64,000 nt of DNA. It comes from Anaerolineae bacterium. GTDB lineage: Bacteria > Chloroflexota > Anaerolineae > B4-G1 > SLSP01. The position numbers were made by a program, and so were the translations under genes. The stretch lies in the NCBI GenBank assembly GCA_034429675.1, contig DAOUFX010000230.1:2339-66338 (forward strand), read 5' to 3'. Positions 8,437 through 16,651 of this stretch are shown here, in pieces. Each line of letters starts with the position of its first letter. Position 1 is the first letter of the stretch. The notes below the pieces were generated by a model. The model had not been told where the DNA came from and did no database searches. It saw only the letters and a list, made by a program, of their open reading frames with translations.

Positions 8437-9951
8437 ATGCAGTTGAAGTCGGATCGTGATCTGTATCGGCGGCGACGACAGACGCCCTGGTTCAGGATTT
8501 TTGTGTTGATGTTATTGGCGGGTATTGGCGGATATGTCGGCTATCTGGTTCTGGCGTTCAAGGAGTCGCCGGTAGTGGTTGGCGGTACACCGGTGCCAAC
8601 GCCGACGGTGACACCTGCCCCGGCCATCTATGTAGCCCAGGCGGAGGATGCATACTGGGCCGGGGATATGAGCGGCGCCATTGCGGCTTATCAACGCGCA
8701 TTGGACGTTGAACCCAATCAAGCCGAGGTGTACCTTGAGCTTTCGCGTCTCTTGACGTTTTCCGGCCAGCCGGAGCGCGGTATGTTGATGGCGCGCGAGG
8801 CGTTGCGACGCCAGCCGGAAAATGCCCGGGCCTGGGCCTTATTGGGGATGGCTTACGACTGGTTGGGGCTGCCTTATGAAGCGATTGAAGCGTGCGAGCA
8901 CGCGCGCTCCCTGGATCCGACCGTGCCTGAGGTGTACGCCTATCTGGCCGAGGCGTATATTGACGCCGGGAGTTGGGCTGCGGCCAATGAGACGATTGAT
9001 CTGGCCATGGAACTCGACGAAAACAATGTGGACGTCAAGCGCAATTATGGCTATGTCCTTGAAAGCCAGGGCAATTACTACGGCGCGATTGAAACCTACC
9101 GCGCGGCTCTGGAAATCGAGCCTAATTTGACCTTTCTGTACGCTTCAATTGGACGCAACGCCGGCGCCGTCAACGATTTGGTCACGGCGCGTGACGTCTA
9201 TAAACAGGCCATAGGGATTGATCCTCACGACGCATCCTTGCTGGATCGTCTGGGCTGGACTTATTTGTTGATAGGCGATTATGATCAGGCCAAGGAAGTC
9301 TTGCAGACCGCGCTGAAAGTGGATTCCAAATACGGCGACGCTTACGGCCATCTGGGGACGCTGTATTTTCAACAGCGCAATTATGAGGATGCTATTACCG
9401 CATTTGGCCCCGCGATCCGTTACGGTGAGGCGCGTTCCCGGCGCTCGACGGTGTTCTTCATTCTAACGGAGGAACCGATGGATGCGTTGGGCGCCGAGCC
9501 TTCCGGCCCGGAGGTGGCGCGGGCGACTTTTGTGCACCCGGTTGAGACGGATATGCCGTTGCGGGGCATCTTTGCCGGTTCCGAGACCTATCCGCAAATC
9601 CAGGGGTATATGCGCTTTGACGTTCTGAGTGGGCGATACGATATCGCATTGACCGGAATGCCGGCGGCGCCTTCCGGCAAGGTTTACGTTGGCTGGTTTG
9701 AGCCGCTCTCGTTGCCGGAACGCACGCAAGCGCGCACAGCTCCGATATTTCCGGCGCCGGATGGACAGGTGCGACTCTCGGGGGAGACGGGCGCCGTGAT
9801 GGGGCCGCCGATTGAGCATTATTACATTCTGGCGCTCAGCTACTATTATCTGGATCAATGTCCTCAGGCTTTGCCCTATATTCAGATTGCCCTCCGTCTT
9901 GATCCTGCCGATGCCAATGCTTTGCAGACGTTGCAGTGGTGTCAGCAATAA
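8437..9951 (+). CDS. TPR-repeat protein with N-terminal signal-anchor
   Basis: There is an N-terminal TM helix (FRIFVLMLLAGIGGYVGYLVLAF). Multiple TPR units follow (AIAAYQRALDVEPNQAEVYLELSRLL, AWALLGMAYDWLGLPYEAIEACEHARSLDP, YGAIETYRAALEIEPN, YEDAITAFGPAIRYG). Confidence 0.7.
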   Translation: MQLKSDRDLYRRRRQTPWFRIFVLMLLAGIGGYVGYLVLAFKESPVVVGGTPVPTPTVTPAPAIYVAQAEDAYWAGDMSGAIAAYQRALDVEPNQAEVYLELSRLLTFSGQPERGMLMAREALRRQPENARAWALLGMAYDWLGLPYEAIEACEHARSLDPTVPEVYAYLAEAYIDAGSWAAANETIDLAMELDENNVDVKRNYGYVLESQGNYYGAIETYRAALEIEPNLTFLYASIGRNAGAVNDLVTARDVYKQAIGIDPHDASLLDRLGWTYLLIGDYDQAKEVLQTALKVDSKYGDAYGHLGTLYFQQRNYEDAITAFGPAIRYGEARSRRSTVFFILTEEPMDALGAEPSGPEVARATFVHPVETDMPLRGIFAGSETYPQIQGYMRFDVLSGRYDIALTGMPAAPSGKVYVGWFEPLSLPERTQARTAPIFPAPDGQVRLSGETGAVMGPPIEHYYILALSYYYLDQCPQALPYIQIALRLDPADANALQTLQWCQQ

Positions 9952-9975
9952 TCCGGTGTAAAGGTTGGAGATACG

Positions 9976-12675
9976 GTGCGCACTTCCTCCATTGAATCAC
10001 GCAATCCCCAAAAGAACTCTCCTCAGGATGGTCGTTCCCGGTCGGCGCAATGGTTGTCGTTACTCCCGTTCGTTTTGATGTTGTCTGCTTTGGCCATTCT
10101 GTATCGGCGGTTGCTGGCCGGACGAGTACTGGCCGGTGGGGATTTGCACACATATTTCTTCCCCTATTGGGTCGCCGTAACGCGCGCCTGGCGGGAAGGA
10201 CACCTGCCGCTGTGGACGCCTTATCTCTTTGCCGGAACGCCCCTGCTGTCTAACTCCCAATTAGGAGTGTTTTACCCCCTGAATTGGCCCTTTTGGGCGC
10301 TGTGCGGGACGTCGTTGGCCGGTGTGGCTCAGGCATTGCATTGGAATTTGCTGCTGCATCTGGTGCTGGCGGCGTTTGCGAGCTATCGCCTGACTCGTCG
10401 ACTGGGTGTAGGGTCTTGGGGCGCTGCGTTGAGCGGGATTTTGTACGCGGGAAGTGGTTATCTGGGCTTGCACATCGAACATCTCAACCAGTTGCAGGCG
10501 CTTGCCTGGTTGCCCTGGGTGTTGATGCCTGCCAGGGACGCTCCGGAGAGCAAAGATGGATGGCGTGCGATATTGCCCTCGCCGATTAACATCATCGCCT
10601 TCACCTTGATCCTTCTGGCGGGACATACACAGATGGCGTTTATCACCGGGATTGCGTTGGTAGTGTGGCGTTTGGCGCTGGCCGTTCACTTGAGCCTGTT
10701 CGCTCATATCCAGGGCGGGAAGAAGTTTCGTGTTGGGATGCGCGAAGGTGGGCGCTCGCTGGTATCTTTATTTCCCTTTGTCCTGGCTGTTTTGGCGGCG
10801 GCCGTACAATTGCTGCCGACTCTGGAGTTGGCGCGTTTTTCAATGCGCAGCGGCGGATTGCCCTGGCGTGAGGCCGTGTCGTTTTCGATACGCCCGTGGG
10901 ATTTGCCGCGAGCTCTGCTGCCATTGTATGTAAGCACACCTTTATTGCCGGAGGGCGTCGCTTACGTGAGTGTGATCGGGATAGCGTTCGCCGGATGGGG
11001 AGTGTGGAATGCTATGGGCAACCGGGCCACCCGTAAGGACGATCGGTATGGGTTTGCGTTGGCCATTTTGGGGCTTGTTGGCCTGTTTTTAGCCCTGGGT
11101 GGATACAATCCGTTCTATTTGCTCGCGGCACGCCTGGGAGTGCCTGGAATTGTGCATTTCCGCGCTCCGGCGCGGTTCCTTGCCCTCTATGTGCTGGCAG
11201 CGGCATTACTGGCAGGAAAGGGTTTGGAGGCGTTGGCGAATGCCGGGATGTTGAGACGGCGGTATTGGCTGCTCGGCGGACTATGTGGATTGGCCTGGGT
11301 AGAGCTACTCGTCTCGGCTGAGTCTCTTCCGCACGCTGCCGCGACGGCGTTGCGCACGTATACGGATTTACGCCCCGCGACGGCGAATCTTGTTTCGGCG
11401 ACGCGGTTGGCCGAGAATGCCGGGGAACCTGCCGGACGGTTCCTGAGCATTTCAAAAACGCTGTTTGATGCAGGAGACGAAACCGCCGTTGCCGCTTTGT
11501 ATGGGGACCGGCTTACCGAGAAGTCTTTGTGGGCGTACAATGTCGCGGCGAAACAACGTGAAGTCCTGTCACCCAACTTCTCGTTGGCGTTCGGCGTCCC
11601 GGCCGTGGATGGATACGATGGGGGAATCCTGCCTCTGCGCCACTACGGCACTTTCTCGCGCCTGTTGCTTCCCGACGGTACTTTAGATGGACGGCTGCGG
11701 GAGAATCTGGAAACTGTGCCGGATGTGCGTTGGCTTTCCCTGATGGGCGTGCAGTTTGTGATCACCGACAAGACGGGCGATGCCTGGGCCGACGACGTTT
11801 TTTATGACCGTCAGTTCCAGCCTCAACTGAAACCGGAAGAAACCTTGACGGTGGCCTGGCTTCCGCAAGATTTTGCCGCCAATGCGCTCGGTGTGTTATA
11901 TGCCGGCGCCGGTGAGGTTGTGTTGCAATTCCATAGCGGAGAAGTGATTTCGCGCTCTTTGCCTTTGAGTACGGCTGATACGCCGGGGCGGGTGCATTGG
12001 GAGCAGGCGCAATCCGTGGAGCACATGACGTTGCGCGCCGGTGAAGGCGGATTGACTCTGACCGGCGCAAGTCTGGTTGATGAACGAACTGCCGCGTTTT
12101 ACCCATTGGTTCTCTCTCCACATTTCCGGCTGGTACATTCCGGCGATGTAAAGGTGTATGAGAATCTGGACGTTTTACCGCGAGCGTTTCTGGCGTCGGG
12201 ATATTCCTGTGTGGCTTCAGACGAGGACGGATTGCAGCAGATGCAAACCCCCGGATTTGATCCGGCGACTCAGGCGGTTGTATCCGATTGCGACGCTGCG
12301 GCACAGGCCGGGATGAAGGAGATACTCAATGCACCTTCCCAAGCGCAGGTGGACATCCTTACCTATAGTCCTACTGCCTGGGTGGTGGATGTGACCTCCG
12401 ATTCTGGCGGCTTACTGATTTTGACCGACGCCTGGTATCCCGGCTGGACGGCGACGCTGGTGCCACAACTCGGATCGGGCGCAAGGGTAGAACCCGCGCC
12501 GCTTTTGCGCGCCGACCTGCTCTTCAAAGCCGTGTTATTGGAGCCAGGAGCGTGGCGTGTGACCTTCACCTATCGCTCGCCCTGGTTATTTTGGGGTGCC
12601 GGCATTAGTGTGATCGGTCTGGGATTTCTAGTTCTGTACTATTTCTTTCTGCGGTATACGAGATTACCTCTCTGA
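9976..12675 (+). CDS. large polytopic membrane protein, YfhO-like (putative glycosyl-transfer or cell-envelope biogenesis membrane protein)
   Basis: GTG start 9976 has GGAG 5 nt upstream. The 899-aa protein has more than 10 TM helices in its first ~480 aa. A large extracytoplasmic domain follows, and a single C-terminal TM helix (GAGISVIGLGFLVLYYFFL) ends the protein. This architecture matches the YfhO/DUF2723-type family, but the assignment rests on architecture only. Confidence 0.5.
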   Translation: MRTSSIESRNPQKNSPQDGRSRSAQWLSLLPFVLMLSALAILYRRLLAGRVLAGGDLHTYFFPYWVAVTRAWREGHLPLWTPYLFAGTPLLSNSQLGVFYPLNWPFWALCGTSLAGVAQALHWNLLLHLVLAAFASYRLTRRLGVGSWGAALSGILYAGSGYLGLHIEHLNQLQALAWLPWVLMPARDAPESKDGWRAILPSPINIIAFTLILLAGHTQMAFITGIALVVWRLALAVHLSLFAHIQGGKKFRVGMREGGRSLVSLFPFVLAVLAAAVQLLPTLELARFSMRSGGLPWREAVSFSIRPWDLPRALLPLYVSTPLLPEGVAYVSVIGIAFAGWGVWNAMGNRATRKDDRYGFALAILGLVGLFLALGGYNPFYLLAARLGVPGIVHFRAPARFLALYVLAAALLAGKGLEALANAGMLRRRYWLLGGLCGLAWVELLVSAESLPHAAATALRTYTDLRPATANLVSATRLAENAGEPAGRFLSISKTLFDAGDETAVAALYGDRLTEKSLWAYNVAAKQREVLSPNFSLAFGVPAVDGYDGGILPLRHYGTFSRLLLPDGTLDGRLRENLETVPDVRWLSLMGVQFVITDKTGDAWADDVFYDRQFQPQLKPEETLTVAWLPQDFAANALGVLYAGAGEVVLQFHSGEVISRSLPLSTADTPGRVHWEQAQSVEHMTLRAGEGGLTLTGASLVDERTAAFYPLVLSPHFRLVHSGDVKVYENLDVLPRAFLASGYSCVASDEDGLQQMQTPGFDPATQAVVSDCDAAAQAGMKEILNAPSQAQVDILTYSPTAWVVDVTSDSGGLLILTDAWYPGWTATLVPQLGSGARVEPAPLLRADLLFKAVLLEPGAWRVTFTYRSPWLFWGAGISVIGLGFLVLYYFFLRYTRLPL

Positions 12676-13114
12676 TTCTCTCGGCAATCTGGCGGTGAAT
12701 TTCCTGCGGAATCTCTATCCGCCGACTGTGACTGTAGGGATTGCCAAACTCCGGATCTTCGAAAACCAAACCGTTTATTTGCACCAAGTGGTTATATCGC
12801 GGTACAACCCACCAATGAACATGAGGATTGGGTGGATTTTCACGAAACGAGAGGTTCATGTAGCAAGACCAGTTAAACATAGTTGTGTCAAATGCCATCC
12901 GTAATGCGCTTTCCAAAACTTTCACGATGGTTAACCATTCGAGCAATTCATCCGGTTTTGTATCGGCAATATCGCCACAATGCCTTTTTAAATGAAGGAT
13001 ACATCTTCCGATAAGGCTTTGATTAGGCGCCAGAACGGTCCGCCAAAATTGTGTTTCCAGTATTAACGGATAGTTGGGATTATCAGGTGACCATGAACAA
13101 ATGGGGCATGTCAT
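12605..13114 (-). CDS. HIT-like (histidine triad family) protein with variant HxHxW motif
   Basis: The start is set at the internal ATG (plus 13114..13112; translation MTCPICSW...) because a perfect AGGAGG (plus 13127..13122) lies 7 nt upstream. The N-terminus has a C-P-I-C zinc-ribbon-like motif. The C-terminal segment PHVHWWVVPRY matches the HIT signature H-phi-H-phi-H-phi-phi with the third His replaced by Trp. The gene lies in an AT-rich island, and its 3' end overlaps the convergent YfhO-like gene by ~70 nt. Confidence 0.55.
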   Translation of the reverse strand: MTCPICSWSPDNPNYPLILETQFWRTVLAPNQSLIGRCILHLKRHCGDIADTKPDELLEWLTIVKVLESALRMAFDTTMFNWSCYMNLSFRENPPNPHVHWWVVPRYNHLVQINGLVFEDPEFGNPYSHSRRIEIPQEIHRQIAERIREVISYTAERNSTELEIPDRSH

Positions 13115-13345
13115 ATTTTTACCTCCTGAGCATCTTACGAAGCAAGAGAATCCACGCTGAGTGTAAGTCAAACTTACGAAAACAGCAACGACTTGGAAAT
13201 TGGTTTTGCTTCTATTTGTATTACTTTTTGAGAACGGCTATAATGAAATTGCTCACGGTCGAGACTGTGTAAAGCGATTGTATGTGAGAACCATGAAAAC
13301 TTTTCTGTCTACTTTCTAAATCTTAACCGAATGGTTATCCTATGG

Positions 13346-13375
13346 TTTACCTTCAAAATTGTTTCGTGATATAAT
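13346..13375 (+). promoter_or_regulatory. putative sigma70-type promoter with extended -10 (TGaTATAAT at 13367..13375; weak -35 TTTACC at 13346..13351) driving the response-regulator/kinase/GAF array
   Basis: Read directly from the sequence. This is the only strong -10 consensus in the 240-bp AT-rich gap between the divergent HIT-like gene and the first response-regulator gene. It lies ~38 nt upstream of ATG 13413. Confidence 0.4.
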
Positions 13376-13412
13376 TTAGACAATTAACTGAAAATTACCA
13401 CGGAGGAGCGGC

Positions 13413-13814
13413 ATGTTCTTCGATGAACAAACATCTGGCAGAGGAGAAAAAATCCTATACATAGAAGACAATCCCGGAAATCGCATGCTGGTGCGTCGCA
13501 TTTTGATGGTAGAAGACTTCGTTGTCGTGGAGGCCGAAGACGGTCTACTCGGGGTTGAAGCTGCCTTGCGCGAGAAGCCGGACCTTATTTTGATGGACAT
13601 GAATCTCCCTGAAATGGATGGCTATGAATTAACCAAAAAACTCCGTAGTTTATCTGAGTTGGATGGAATCCCCATTATCGCGATGACGGCCAATGTGATG
13701 TTAGGGGACAAAGAGAAAACTCTGGAAGCCGGTTGCGACGGGTATATCCCCAAACCGATTGATGTGGATGAGTTGCCTCGCCAAATTCGCCGTTTTCTTG
13801 ATGCAAAGGGTTAA
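13413..13814 (+). CDS. single-domain CheY-like response regulator (receiver only)
   Basis: GGAGGAG lies 6 nt before the ATG. Receiver motifs are ILYIEDNPGN, the phospho-acceptor Asp in LILMDMNLPEMDG, the conserved T/S in IIAMTAN, and K in YIPKP. No output domain is present. Confidence 0.85.
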   Translation: MFFDEQTSGRGEKILYIEDNPGNRMLVRRILMVEDFVVVEAEDGLLGVEAALREKPDLILMDMNLPEMDGYELTKKLRSLSELDGIPIIAMTANVMLGDKEKTLEAGCDGYIPKPIDVDELPRQIRRFLDAKG

Positions 13815-13853
13815 TCAGCCACACAAGACTATCAAAATTTAGAGGCGTTAAGT

Positions 13854-14273
13854 ATGCCGTGGAAAACTACGTTGCCGCAAGAGGCCGTCATTTTAATTGT
13901 TGAGGACAATCTCAATAATTTTATTTTGATGACCCGCTTGTTGGCTTATCTTGGCGTCAAAAAATGTGAATGGAAAGCGTCTGGCTGGAAGGTTCTGGAA
14001 TTCGCCGAGACGTTAGGGATGATAGACCTGGTGTTGATGGATATGAACCTTCCCGACTCAGACGGCTATCAAGCATTGGCCTCCTTGCGTTCCCACAAAC
14101 GTTTTGAGAATGTCCCCATTGTTGCGGTGACAGCGCATGTTTCGTTGGAAAATGTGGATCGAGCGCGGCGCGCCGGATTTGATGGCTTCATCGGAAAACC
14201 ACTGGACCCAGATCGCTTTCCTGAACAAGTTCGCCGGGTTTTAGATGGTGAGGAGGTATGGGAACCGGATTAG
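13854..14273 (+). CDS. single-domain CheY-like response regulator (receiver only)
   Basis: Receiver motifs are ILIVEDNLNN, the phospho-acceptor Asp in LVLMDMNLPDSDG, VAVTAH and FIGKP. The product is 139 aa with no output domain. Confidence 0.85.
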   Translation: MPWKTTLPQEAVILIVEDNLNNFILMTRLLAYLGVKKCEWKASGWKVLEFAETLGMIDLVLMDMNLPDSDGYQALASLRSHKRFENVPIVAVTAHVSLENVDRARRAGFDGFIGKPLDPDRFPEQVRRVLDGEEVWEPD

Positions 14274-16612
14274 GTGAGAGACAAGAGGTTCTCGACGCTT
14301 CGCGTATGATTCCCACTACGGGGATGCGTGGCGGTTTGGGGAGAACGCTGTTGACTGCCTTTTTAATTCTCACTATTTTGCCGTTGACTCTGACGGTAGG
14401 GTACGCTACACAGCAGAACAGCCAAAATCTTCAACGGGAAGTTGAAAACAAGCTCCTGGCTTTGGCGACATTGAAGGGTGAAGCGCTTCGTCGTTGGTTG
14501 GATGATCTGCAAAAGTTGTTGGTGTTTTCCATAACGTTGGACGGAGGCCCTTCGCACGAGGGGTATGAATCGTGGTGGCTAACATTGCGTGAGCAATTGC
14601 CCGACTTAATGGGAGTGGTTGTCTTGGACCAAGATCAGCAACCCGTTTGGTCTGTTACTCAATGCCTGGAAATTTGGAATCAAATCTCCCCTCTTTCAGG
14701 CGACTCTTTATCCTCAACGAATTTGACTTTCTTTTATTCTGGCGTTATCTTTTTTTTACCATCTGCATACCATAATCAGACATTCGTGTTCTGTCTGGAT
14801 GGAAAAGGTTTGAATGAGGTCATTCAAGTTGGCGAGCCGGTCGAGCAAACCAATCATACTTATCTAGTCTATCGTTCATGCCTTTGGCCGGATACGACGC
14901 AGTGTGTGCTTCCTTCTATTGTGGATCAGCAAGCGGGGGGGGTAAACAGCGGTGTCTACGAGGATCATAATGGGATAACGGTTATTGGTGCTTACTACCC
15001 GTTGAATTGGTCCGAGTTGGGTGTGTTGGTGGAGCAGGATCAGGCAAAAACTCTGGAGTCATCGGACCGTATCGCGGCAACGTTTATCGCTCTGGTTCTG
15101 GCTGTGGCTCTAGCCTCAACCGCTATCTCAGCCGTGGTGATTCGTCAAATAACACAGCCGGTCATTCGACTCACCGAATCGGCGTTGGCCATGGCTGACG
15201 GTAAATTGGATCAGCATCTTGAAGTTACTTCACGGGATGAAATTGGGATCCTCACGTATGTGTTCAATGAGATGGCGGCGGATTTGAAATCCTTGTATGC
15301 GGACTTAGAGGCAAGGGTCGCCGTGAAAACTAAACAGATACGGCACTTCAACGAACAGATACAGCGAAGGTCTTTACATTTGCAGGCCAGTCAGAGTGTT
15401 AGTCAGGCGATCACTTCCATACGCGATCCCGATTTATTGTTAAGCCGTGTGACGGAGTTGATTAGAGACCGTTTTTTATATACCTCGGTAGCCATTTACA
15501 TGGTCGAACAGGGGGGCGGCGTAGCTTACATGCGCGCATTGAGCCCAGACACTCATGTAACTACGTCACAGGGCAGTGGAAATTTTTATGCGTGGCCTGA
15601 ATATGTCTACATTGGCGACGGCTCCATTGTAGATCGCGCTATTCGTAAGCGCGGTCCAGTCGTTGTGCCCAAAGAAACCGACGAAGAGATTGAGTGGTAT
15701 CGGCGCACTTTGTGTCAGGCAGTGGTTCCTTTGCGCATGGGAGACCGTGTAACGGGCGCGATTGCCGTTTTGAGTGCGGGGCGTGAAGGAATACAAGACG
15801 ATGAATTAGAGGTCTTGGGGTCGTTGGCGAATCAGGTTGCTATTGCTTTGGAGAACGCTCAGGCTTACGAACGTGAACGCTCGGCTACGCAACAGCTTGA
15901 AGAGGCCGAGGTGTTTAAGTCCCGGTTTATGGCGAATATATCCCACGAGTTACGCGAACCCTTGACCAATGTTATTGGGTTCTCGCGGGTGATTCTGAAA
16001 GAGATTGATGGCCCTTTGACCTCGCAGCAACGCGAAGATTTGGAGCGAATTTACAAGGATAGTCAGAAGCTTTTGAATTTGATCACCGACATTCTGGATA
16101 TCTCACAAATCGAAGCCGGTTTAACGGAACTGAAACTACAACCTGCGGATTTCCACGAAGTAGTCAACGATGTGATGCCTACAGCCAGCGCTCTGGTGCG
16201 CGGTAAGGATGTTAATCTGGTTCAGGAAATCCCCGCGGATCTCCCTTTTTTGCGGGTTGATTCGGCCAAAATCCGTCAGGTTTTGGTGCACCTTTTTACA
16301 AATGCTGCTAAGTTCACCGAACAGGGCGAGATCAAGATAGGCGCCCGGCGCAGCGAAGATTATGTGTATGTGAGCATAAGCGACACCGGCGTAGGAATCC
16401 AACCGGAAGATTTGAACAATATCTTTACCAGTTTCGGACGGCTTGGTCATAGAAGCATGCAGCAGGGGCCAGGATTGGGACTGGCATTGAGTAAGAAGCT
16501 TATTGAGATGCATGGGGGGGAGATTTGGGTGCAAAGTGAGGAGGGAGAAGGAACAACGTTTACCTTCTCCTTACCTTGTTATGCACCTTCAGACGCACCC
16601 GAATTAGAGTAG
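14258..16612 (+). CDS. sensor histidine kinase: TM–periplasmic Cache-like–TM–HAMP–GAF–HisKA–HATPase_c
   Basis: The start overlaps the preceding response-regulator gene by 16 nt. There are two TM helices (LLTAFLILTILPLTLTV and AATFIALVLAVALASTAISAVVI). A HAMP domain spans QITQPVIRLTESALAMADGKLDQ...DEIGILTYVFNEMAADL. A GAF domain follows. The HisKA phospho-acceptor His is in FMANISHELREPL. ATPase N, G1, F and G2 boxes are HLFTNAAKF, SDTGVGI, FTSFGR and GPGLGLALS. This is the only catalytic output domain in the whole locus. Confidence 0.9.
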   Translation: MGTGLGERQEVLDASRMIPTTGMRGGLGRTLLTAFLILTILPLTLTVGYATQQNSQNLQREVENKLLALATLKGEALRRWLDDLQKLLVFSITLDGGPSHEGYESWWLTLREQLPDLMGVVVLDQDQQPVWSVTQCLEIWNQISPLSGDSLSSTNLTFFYSGVIFFLPSAYHNQTFVFCLDGKGLNEVIQVGEPVEQTNHTYLVYRSCLWPDTTQCVLPSIVDQQAGGVNSGVYEDHNGITVIGAYYPLNWSELGVLVEQDQAKTLESSDRIAATFIALVLAVALASTAISAVVIRQITQPVIRLTESALAMADGKLDQHLEVTSRDEIGILTYVFNEMAADLKSLYADLEARVAVKTKQIRHFNEQIQRRSLHLQASQSVSQAITSIRDPDLLLSRVTELIRDRFLYTSVAIYMVEQGGGVAYMRALSPDTHVTTSQGSGNFYAWPEYVYIGDGSIVDRAIRKRGPVVVPKETDEEIEWYRRTLCQAVVPLRMGDRVTGAIAVLSAGREGIQDDELEVLGSLANQVAIALENAQAYERERSATQQLEEAEVFKSRFMANISHELREPLTNVIGFSRVILKEIDGPLTSQQREDLERIYKDSQKLLNLITDILDISQIEAGLTELKLQPADFHEVVNDVMPTASALVRGKDVNLVQEIPADLPFLRVDSAKIRQVLVHLFTNAAKFTEQGEIKIGARRSEDYVYVSISDTGVGIQPEDLNNIFTSFGRLGHRSMQQGPGLGLALSKKLIEMHGGEIWVQSEEGEGTTFTFSLPCYAPSDAPELE

Positions 16613-16651
16613 TTTGATTGGCCTGGCGTATACCCTTTTGGGGAGGCTGGT

